From the NCBI GenBank assembly GCA_003852775.1, contig RDDZ01000129.1, forward strand, positions 2,857 to 66,856: a DNA stretch of 64,000 nt, read 5' to 3'. Positions 19,066 to 25,422 of the stretch are shown here, piece after piece. The stretch comes from Microbacteriaceae bacterium (GTDB taxonomy: Bacteria; Actinomycetota; Actinomycetes; Actinomycetales; Microbacteriaceae). The notes under the pieces were generated by a model. The model saw only the letters and a list, made by a program, of their open reading frames with translations. It made no database searches and was not told the origin of the DNA. Both the position numbers and the translations under genes were made by a program. Position 1 is the first letter of the stretch, and each line of letters opens with the position of its first letter.

Positions 19066-19368
19066 TCAGGTGCAGTAGGGGGTCGGGCCGCTGCTGAAGG
19101 AGTAGATGGTGGCCGCGGTCCAGTTGGCGTCGGTGTAGTTCGAAACGCTGTAGTGGACAGCGGTGTCGGACCAGCTCCAGACCTGCGAGCCAATCCAGTG
19201 CGTCAGATCCGCGCCGGTCGCGGAAGACGTCAGCGAGACCGCAGACGCTCCACCCGGGCAGTGCTTGTGCCCGCTTCCGCTCGCCATGGCGAAGGCCGGC
19301 GCGGCCAGGCCGAGCCCGATTGCCACTCCCAGCGAGGCTCCGATCAGGAGCCGCTTCCTCTTTCTCAT
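19066..19368 (-). CDS. small secreted protein bracketed by two Cys; distant relative of 15404..15781
   Basis: MRKRKRLLIGASLGVAIGLGLAAPAFA signal; mature roughly 73 aa; shared pattern C.G....V.[LV].S[ST].TG...H..W. Confidence 0.7.
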   Translation of the reverse strand: MRKRKRLLIGASLGVAIGLGLAAPAFAMASGSGHKHCPGGASAVSLTSSATGADLTHWIGSQVWSWSDTAVHYSVSNYTDANWTAATIYSFSSGPTPYCT

Positions 19369-19413
19369 GGTTCCACCCTTCCTTTCGTGATTCAGCGGAT
19401 GGGCCGACAGCGC

Positions 19414-20076
19414 CTACTCGTAAAGATCCGTCGGGTACTGCGGGCAGGCGGCGTTGATTTCTTGCCATTGATCGTTGGACTTGACCTGATTCTGAACATC
19501 GCCGTAGATGTTCCACGCGTCCGGGCTTCCGTGCTTTTCGAGGAACACCTCGAGGCTCGGTGGTTCCGGCACCGCGATGCCGAAGGATTCAAGGCATGGC
19601 GTGAGGACCGTCTTCGAGTAGTCGTAGATGCGACGCAGCTGCTCGCCGTTGAGCGGTCCCTGGAACTTCGGGTCGATCGGGTATCGGATCTTGCACGTGT
19701 AGAGCGCGACCGCGTAAGCCTCGCCTTGCTCAGCAGTATCGAAGAAGACGGACCCATCAGGTTGGGCCACGGCATCGAACCCTTCGCCGTTCAGGCATTC
19801 AGCGATAGTCGTCGCCCACTCGGGTGGCGCGACCGTGCGGACTAGGTCCGTTTCGGGACGCACCGCCCCGGGGTATCGAGCAGAGACTTGAGCCCACGCA
19901 GCGTCCGCCACCTCGCTGAGAGAAGAGTCCGAAGTTGAAGGCGCGGGCGGCTCGCTTCCCGGTGCGCTGCACGCCGTCAGGAGGAATGCGGCTGCCACCA
20001 TCGCGTATGCCGCTGCCTGGCCCCGGCGCAAGGCCGAGAGCCCGCCGGGGCGAAGCTGAACACCTTGACTCGCCAT
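19414..20076 (-). CDS. lipoprotein, paralog of 14763..15407
   Basis: ATG at 20076 behind GGAAGG; ...AAAFLLTAC lipobox. Confidence 0.7.
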   Translation of the reverse strand: MASQGVQLRPGGLSALRRGQAAAYAMVAAAFLLTACSAPGSEPPAPSTSDSSLSEVADAAWAQVSARYPGAVRPETDLVRTVAPPEWATTIAECLNGEGFDAVAQPDGSVFFDTAEQGEAYAVALYTCKIRYPIDPKFQGPLNGEQLRRIYDYSKTVLTPCLESFGIAVPEPPSLEVFLEKHGSPDAWNIYGDVQNQVKSNDQWQEINAACPQYPTDLYE

Positions 20077-20191
20077 GATGTACCTTCCGCAGTCGCGTGA
20101 TGTCTTCGCCATCAGATGTTCTCCGGAAACTCCGGCCCCTCCCGGGTGACGTACCCCGCGTTGGTCTAGGACGGGCGCGCCCGGCATCCCT

Positions 20192-20221
20192 TCACAGTCG
20201 ATCGGGGCTTCGTCTCAGCAC
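20192..20221 (-). pseudogene. relic of a small-secreted-protein gene start (GTG-LRRSPDRL-stop)
   Basis: GGAGGACATCGTGCTGAGACGAAGCCC matches GGAGGACATCATGCTGAGACGAAGCCC at 15781; a 1-nt deletion then gives TGA. Confidence 0.6.
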
Positions 20222-20257
20222 GATGTCCTCCTGCATCGGAATACCCTCGAGTGTTCT

Positions 20258-20283
20258 GTTTGCTGAGTCGGCGAATCCTTACA
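20258..20283 (-). promoter_or_regulatory. island motif copy b: TGTAAGGATTC-GCCGACTCAG-CAAAC
   Basis: read directly; faces the lipoprotein operon. Confidence 0.6.
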
Positions 20284-20330
20284 AACTTCGGTCTGTCGAG
20301 CGGCGACGCGCAGCGCGCCCGAAATCTGAA

Positions 20331-20356
20331 TGTAAGGATTCGGCGGCTCGGCAAAC
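20331..20356 (+). promoter_or_regulatory. island motif copy c: TGTAAGGATTC-GGCGGCTCGG-CAAAC
   Basis: read directly; 46 nt upstream of the sigma GTG start; back-to-back with copy b. Confidence 0.6.
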
Positions 20357-20401
20357 TCTTATACGAGAAGCAGACTGTGCCTACAGCCAGGGGGAGGGTT
20401 A

Positions 20402-20935
20402 GTGGAGCCGGATCCCGAGGCTTTCACCAAGCTCTACCTCAGCAACTACCGGACGCTGGTCCGCTACACCTACCTACGTGTCAACGACCGAGCCTTGGCG
20501 GAGGACCTTGCCGAAGATGCGTTCCTGCTCGCCTGGGAGAAAGCACCGAGCCTGGAAGCGGTCACCCCCCGCTGGCTGTTCGCCACCGTGAGGAATCTGA
20601 TCGGCAACGAATACCAACGACGCGATCGAGAGCGCATCAGAGTACAGCAAGCGGGAATGGAGGAAGCCGCGAGCGTGGAGGCGTGGGGATTGCACATCGA
20701 GCACATCGGACTCCGCCTGGCGATGGCCGAGCTGCGCCCGGATGACTCGCTCCTGCTCCAGCTGACCTACTGGCACGGGTTGTCCGCTGCCGAGACCGCT
20801 GAGTTCCTGGACTGCACGGTCGCCGCGGTGTGGGTTCGGCTGACTCGGGCTCGCGCGGCGTTGCGCACGCTCCTGGACGATGCCAACGTCATGCCTTCGC
20901 GTCGACGAGATCGAGGCGGTAAGGCTCATGGATGA
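20402..20935 (+). CDS. ECF (group 4) sigma-70 factor, full length
   Basis: region 2 (DLAEDAFLLAW, RWLFATVRNLIGNEYQRR) and region 4.2 HTH (LSAAETAEFLDCTVAAVWVRLTRAR). Confidence 0.85.
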   Translation: MEPDPEAFTKLYLSNYRTLVRYTYLRVNDRALAEDLAEDAFLLAWEKAPSLEAVTPRWLFATVRNLIGNEYQRRDRERIRVQQAGMEEAASVEAWGLHIEHIGLRLAMAELRPDDSLLLQLTYWHGLSAAETAEFLDCTVAAVWVRLTRARAALRTLLDDANVMPSRRRDRGGKAHG

Positions 20936-21929
20936 CCTGACCCGGCTGCTGCGCGAGAACAATCCCTTCCGGGACGCGCCGTTGCCCGAACGCGCGACGC
21001 GACGGCTTGACGACATCATCTCGGGCCGACGGGAGACTCGCCACGATGTCGCCCTCCCACCGCTTCGAAGCCAACGGACGCCCGCGCTGCTGGCGGGGGC
21101 GGCCTTCGTCGTGACGCTGGTGGTCGTCGCGCTGGTCCTGGTGTCCGTGCGCCCGCAGGTTGCGATGGCTGTGACTCCGAACCTGCTCGAGCTCCGCCCG
21201 ACCGTGACCACCATCGACACCTTGCGCGAGGATCTCGTGACGTCACCCCTGAACCCGCGGCCGACCGCGACTAGCCGTGGCGCCCAGTGGGAAGGCTGGT
21301 TCCTTCAGCTCGACGCCGACCGACCGGCGGCGACCTTCATCCAGCCGCAGCGCGTCCAGATCGCCTGGGGCGAGGATTTCTCGGGCAGCAGCCGCATCGT
21401 CGCCGGGACGCCGATGACCGCCGATGGCTCCGTGATCGAGCCGGTCCCCGCGGGTGCGGCCGCGCCGGGCACCACGCTCTACGAGGAGACCTGGGGACCT
21501 GGCGAGTACCCGGTGCCCTTCCCGGAGGCTCCGCCCGAGGACGCTGCTGGGATGCGCGGCTACCTCGAGGCCTTCCTCGCCTCGCTCGGCGTCACCGAGG
21601 CGGGGTCACGCTCCGCCGGCGAGTATCTGTATGCCCTCAGCTCGCTGATGCAGTTCTGGACTCTCGGCGACGCGGCCCAGCGCACCGCTATCGAAGTGAT
21701 CGTCTCCGCTCCTGGCTTCCAGGTGGCGGGTGAAACGACCGATCGGGCCGGCCGTGCCGGGGTCGTCCTGGACATCGCGCCGACCGAGCTCGAGCCCGGC
21801 TATCGGACGCAGCTCGTCGTCGACATCCGATCCTGGCGACTGCTGGCCGTCGAGCGAATCAGTATCGCCGGCGACCCAGACTTCCACATTGCCCCTGATT
21901 CGGTAACCGACTACACCCTCTGGAGATAG
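20928..21929 (+). CDS. single-pass membrane protein in the anti-sigma position with a roughly 260-aa extracytoplasmic domain
   Basis: 8-nt overlap with the sigma stop; N-terminus MDDLTRLLRENNP...; TM ALLAGAAFVVTLVVVALVLVSV. Confidence 0.7.
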   Translation: MDDLTRLLRENNPFRDAPLPERATRRLDDIISGRRETRHDVALPPLRSQRTPALLAGAAFVVTLVVVALVLVSVRPQVAMAVTPNLLELRPTVTTIDTLREDLVTSPLNPRPTATSRGAQWEGWFLQLDADRPAATFIQPQRVQIAWGEDFSGSSRIVAGTPMTADGSVIEPVPAGAAAPGTTLYEETWGPGEYPVPFPEAPPEDAAGMRGYLEAFLASLGVTEAGSRSAGEYLYALSSLMQFWTLGDAAQRTAIEVIVSAPGFQVAGETTDRAGRAGVVLDIAPTELEPGYRTQLVVDIRSWRLLAVERISIAGDPDFHIAPDSVTDYTLWR

Positions 21930-21931
21930 CA

Positions 21932-22432
21932 ATGCGCAACATCACGACCGGTCGCGGCCGTATGGCTGCCCTCGCCGTCATCGGGGCCATCGCCCTGATC
22001 CTCGGCACGCCGCTCGCCGCATCAGCGGCGGACAAGGACTCCGACGCGCTCCAGGCGCGCATCGACGCTGTGCTCGCCGAGTACCCCGGCGGCGTGCAGA
22101 TCGCCGCCAACGAGATCGCCTGGGACGAAGGTGCCGTGGTGCTCACGCTCGATGCTCCCGGCTCCGCGTTCGGCGTGCTGGACGTCGGCTCGTGCACGGC
22201 TGGCCACTACTGCGCCTACAACGGCTACAGCCTCAGCGGAAGCAAGCTGAGCTTCAGCTCGTGCGCCACCCCGCAGCCCACCGGCATCATCGGCACGGTG
22301 CGGTCGGTCGCCAACGCACGCACTAGCGGCTCCGTCTACGCCCTCAACTCGGGCGGCGGCATCCTGGCGACCATCGGCGCGAACGACTCCCTGCCTATTG
22401 CGCCCGGCGGCATCACTGACCTCTCCTGCTGA
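21932..22432 (+). CDS. secreted protein, paralog of 12893..13384 (I36/SMPI-like Cys motif)
   Basis: signal MAALAVIGAIALILGTPLAASA; starts 2 nt after the anti-sigma stop. Confidence 0.75.
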   Translation: MRNITTGRGRMAALAVIGAIALILGTPLAASAADKDSDALQARIDAVLAEYPGGVQIAANEIAWDEGAVVLTLDAPGSAFGVLDVGSCTAGHYCAYNGYSLSGSKLSFSSCATPQPTGIIGTVRSVANARTSGSVYALNSGGGILATIGANDSLPIAPGGITDLSC

Positions 22433-22455
22433 GGTCGGCAGACCGCCGCCGATAT

Positions 22456-22471
22456 CGGCGGTCGGCGTGAG
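22456..22471 (+). terminator. GC-rich perfect palindrome CCGCCGATATCGGCGG downstream of the sigma operon (no U tract)
   Basis: read directly, 24 nt after the stop codon. Confidence 0.3.
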
Positions 22472-22506
22472 CGCGGTGGAGCGCGGCACGAGGAAGCGGC
22501 GTGTCG

Positions 22507-22532
22507 TGTAAGGAATGGGCGTCCCAACAAAC
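22507..22532 (+). promoter_or_regulatory. island motif copy f: TGTAAGGAATG-GGCGTCCCAA-CAAAC
   Basis: read directly; 66 nt upstream of the ATG at 22598. Confidence 0.55.
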
Positions 22533-22597
22533 CGTCTAGGTAAGCGGAGATACCGCGGCCGCCCCCTGATCGGGACAATCGGCAAGGATGGACGATC

Positions 22598-23236
22598 ATG
22601 GGATCTACGAAGAAGCTCGGGCTGCTGTTCGCAGCAGCCCTCGCGATGGTCTTCATCGCTCCCGCCGCAGCTCAGGCTGCGGCGGCAGACTCGCCACCGC
22701 CGGCGACTGCATCAGACAGCTCTAACGTGAACAGCCTGATCGCGAGCGATCCGAACGCGGAGTTCGTCTCGCTCGAGGTCGCAGAGAAGCAGTACGGGTT
22801 CGACCCCTATGCCGCCGATGCGACGGAGAGCACCGGCCCCGTCGTCACGCCGTTCTACGCATGGTGGGGATGTGACTGGGACGCCGTCACGGACTATCCG
22901 CACGTGAGCTCGGGCCAGGCATCGGTTCACGGGTACTGGGTCTACAACAGCGGCGACTGCCCGGCTACGGCCACTGTAACCGTCAACCTCCAGGCGCTTT
23001 GGTGCAGCGGGATGTGGGGTTGCAGCTGGTACACGCTGGCGACCGACGTCGCGACTGGCGTCTACCCGGGCTCGGGCACGGGTCACTGGGCCACGCCCCA
23101 TTCCCCTTGTGCGACCACGTCCGTCGTCGGCTGGCGGGGCTCGGTTTTTGTCGAGCCGACGGACTTCTGGCACCCCTACGGCTGGACGGACGGCACGCCG
23201 CAGAACCTCTCCTGCTCCCCGCCGGATCCGAGCTGA
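22598..23236 (+). CDS. secreted Trp/Cys-rich protein of unknown family
   Basis: signal MGSTKKLGLLFAAALAMVFIAPAAAQA; the mature part has 8 Cys and many Trp (WWGCDW, LWCSGMWGCSWY). Confidence 0.7.
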   Translation: MGSTKKLGLLFAAALAMVFIAPAAAQAAAADSPPPATASDSSNVNSLIASDPNAEFVSLEVAEKQYGFDPYAADATESTGPVVTPFYAWWGCDWDAVTDYPHVSSGQASVHGYWVYNSGDCPATATVTVNLQALWCSGMWGCSWYTLATDVATGVYPGSGTGHWATPHSPCATTSVVGWRGSVFVEPTDFWHPYGWTDGTPQNLSCSPPDPS

Positions 23237-23715
23237 TGCCTGACGACCTGAGGCGGGGCCGGTTCGTGCCGCTCGGTGACCCCGAGGCGGCGCGACCCGA
23301 CCCCGCCAAGCGTCTGCCCTTCGACCTCTCCAAACTGTCGGTGACGGGTCTGGTCATCGTCTGCGAACTCGCTCCGCCGCCACCGGGCAACGCCCGCCCG
23401 AGCATGAGCATGACGATGACCCAGTACCTGCGGCTATCGGATCATTCGATGATTCGCCTCGACATGGATCGAGGCGTGGATACGTTCAAGTTCGGATACG
23501 CCGACCCGCCTTCCTGGAAACGGACTGCCGCAGAGGTTGTCGCGGAAGTGCTGACGCTGATCCAGGGTGATGAGCCGGATCCAGGATCGTTCCCCTGGCA
23601 CGAGTATGCGGAGGCCGCTAGGTTGCGCGGGATCTCGGTTGACGCTGAGGCACTGCGCGACCTGCCCCACGCGGTGCTGCTGTCCGATGAGCTGGCTGCC
23701 ACATTCGAGTTCTGA
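23236..23715 (+). CDS. hypothetical cytoplasmic protein translationally coupled to the Trp/Cys-rich secreted protein
   Basis: TGATG stop/start overlap; 159 aa; no signal peptide or TM. Confidence 0.5.
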   Translation: MPDDLRRGRFVPLGDPEAARPDPAKRLPFDLSKLSVTGLVIVCELAPPPPGNARPSMSMTMTQYLRLSDHSMIRLDMDRGVDTFKFGYADPPSWKRTAAEVVAEVLTLIQGDEPDPGSFPWHEYAEAARLRGISVDAEALRDLPHAVLLSDELAATFEF

Positions 23716-23809
23716 CCTACGTCCGCAGAGGCGAAGGACGGGCGCGGGAATCGCTGGAGGATCAGCGCATCCGTCACCTCCCCTACTTCCTGTTGACGCG
23801 TCGAACCGT

Positions 23810-24470
23810 CTACCGGGCTTCAGGATTCTTGAACTCGCGGGTTTCGCGAGACATCGCTGAGGTCGTATCAAACAGGACGGTCTCCTCGGGGTGCAGCTGT
23901 GTCTGCAAGAGCATGGAGTGGTCCTTGATCCTCCAGAGCGCCTGCCCGAGCCCGAGCGTGGGGAGCATCGACTGCTCGGTGCTGGTGAGTCCGAGTGCCT
24001 TGGCCGTCGGGCCGAGCTGGTCGGTCTCCTGCCGGAAGATCACCCTGGTCTCGGCGTTGGCGAGCAGAGAGGTGCCGAGCGCGTGCAGGGCGGTGCCGGT
24101 GTCGCCGACGGTGTCGAGGTCGGAGAGCTTGTGGAACAGGAGCATGTTGGCGATGCCGTAGTGCCTCGCGAGGCGCCAGGCGGCGTCCATGCGGCGCAGC
24201 AGGGCGGAGTGGCTCATCACGCACCAGGCTTCGTCGTAGATCACCCACCGCTGCCCGCCGGTGGGGTCCATGAGGGCGGCTTCCATCCACGCGGAAGCGC
24301 ACGTCATCAGGATCGACAGCAGCGCGGCGTTCTCCGACACGCGGGAGAGATCGAGAGTGAGCATCGGCAGCTCGGGGTCGAAGGTCTCGGTGCTGGGCCC
24401 GTCGAAGAGCCCTTGGAGGTCCCCGGCGATCAGGCACCGCAGCGCGTGCCCGACCTGTCGGCCGTCCTCG
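23810..24470 (-). pseudogene. C-terminal fragment of a VirB4/TraE-like conjugative ATPase (ICE relic)
   Basis: VIYDEAW (Walker B-like), ARHYGIANMLLFHKLSDL, ETRVIFRQE; the frame opens directly after the stop of the preceding small gene, so no N-terminal half is present. Confidence 0.55.
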
Positions 24471-24496
24471 GCTAGCTGACGACGACGCGGTCGGGG

Positions 24497-24682
24497 TCAG
24501 CGGCCGAAGAGCCGGGTGAAGAAGTTTCCGCGTTCCGCTTTCGCGGCGGCGATCTCCTCGGGGGTGTGGCGGCCGTTGCACCACTGGTTGGCGGGCACTC
24601 CTCGTCGGACTTGGTTGACGTGCTGGCCGCAGCCGGTCCAGGTGGTCTTCCCGCAGGTCGTGCAGGTCGTCGCCGAGCACAT
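24497..24682 (-). CDS. Cys-rich mini-protein (61 aa), paralog of 24687..24809
   Basis: MCSATTCTTCGKTTWTGCGQHV..GVPANQWC; ATG preceded by GGAGG. Confidence 0.55.
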   Translation of the reverse strand: MCSATTCTTCGKTTWTGCGQHVNQVRRGVPANQWCNGRHTPEEIAAAKAERGNFFTRLFGR

Positions 24683-24686
24683 GCGG

Positions 24687-24809
24687 TTACGCCTCCTGGC
24701 AGTGGCAGCGGTCGGCTGCGGGGACGCCGGCGAGCGCCTCCTCGATGTGCTGGCCGCAGCCGATCCAGGTGGGTCGGCCGCAGTTCTGGCAGGTGATTTG
24801 TTGGCACAT
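24687..24809 (-). CDS. Cys-rich mini-protein (40 aa; below the ORF-track cutoff)
   Basis: hand-translated MCQQITCQNCGRPTWIGCGQHIEEALAGVPAADRCHCQEA; GAGGAG lies 7 nt before the ATG. Confidence 0.5.
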   Translation of the reverse strand: MCQQITCQNCGRPTWIGCGQHIEEALAGVPAADRCHCQEA

Positions 24810-24849
24810 GGACGTGCTCCTCGGTCGTCGTGTCGGGGCGCTTTCGGGG

Positions 24850-25125
24850 TCAGGCGAGCATCAGGAAGAGCTTCTCGAGCTCTTCGGTGGTGATGCCCTC
24901 GTCGGCGAGGGCGGTGTCGGGGTCGGTAAGGCAGTTCTGCATCGCGTTGGACACGATCGCGAAGCCGGCGCGGTCGAGGGCGCTGGAGACGGCGGCGAGC
25001 TGGGTGACGACGTCCCGGCAGGGCTTGTCCTGCTCGACGGCGCCGATGACGGCGTCGAGCTGGCCGCGGGCGCGACGGAGGCGGTGCAGGATGCGGCGCT
25101 GGACATCGGGGTCGGTCGTGCGCAT
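24850..25125 (-). CDS. CsoR-family repressor with a CstR-like (Cys/Cys, no His) sensor signature
   Basis: 91 aa, DUF156 fold pattern; Cys in DKPCRD and MQNCL, with Ala rather than His at C-4. Confidence 0.8.
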   Translation of the reverse strand: MRTTDPDVQRRILHRLRRARGQLDAVIGAVEQDKPCRDVVTQLAAVSSALDRAGFAIVSNAMQNCLTDPDTALADEGITTEELEKLFLMLA

Positions 25126-25149
25126 GGGGTTCCTCTCGGTCGGAAACGG

Positions 25150-25422
25150 TCAGGTGATGTCGATGTGCTGGCGGGCGTCGGTGTAGCCGAGGGTGTTCTG
25201 CTCAACGGTCTCAGCCTGGCGGGTGGGGAGCAGGTCGGTGGGGCACCAGCCGGTGATCGCCCCGATCGCGAGCAGGACCGAGCAGAAACCGGCGGGGATC
25301 GCGCACCAGAGCTGGCCGATCATACTCAGCGCGAACGCGCCAACGATCACCGCGGCGATCGCACGCACGACCCGATCGACGGGCGACGTCGCGCAGGAGC
25401 GACGTGTGCGGGACTCAGGCAT
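25150..25422 (-). CDS. DUF2892/YgaP-like small membrane protein
   Basis: two TM segments and an ITGWCP motif. Confidence 0.7.
   Translation of the reverse strand: MPESRTRRSCATSPVDRVVRAIAAVIVGAFALSMIGQLWCAIPAGFCSVLLAIGAITGWCPTDLLPTRQAETVEQNTLGYTDARQHIDIT

Noticed and set aside
12355-19368. Calling the small secreted proteins lactococcin-972-family bacteriocins, or tendamistat/SMPI-type inhibitors.
   Set aside because: No convincing motif match could be made by eye, and Lcn972 has no Cys. Only the gene-neighbourhood logic (secreted protein plus ABC plus lipoprotein) is suggestive, so the family is left open.
12841-22532. Assigning explicit -35 (GGAWW) and -10 elements within the six-copy motif.
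   Set aside because: GGAWW to CAAAC spacing is too short (10-11 nt). Sequences 16-18 nt downstream of GGAWW, or downstream of CAAAC, are not conserved. Only the bipartite pattern is reported, and the split is left to transcription-start mapping.
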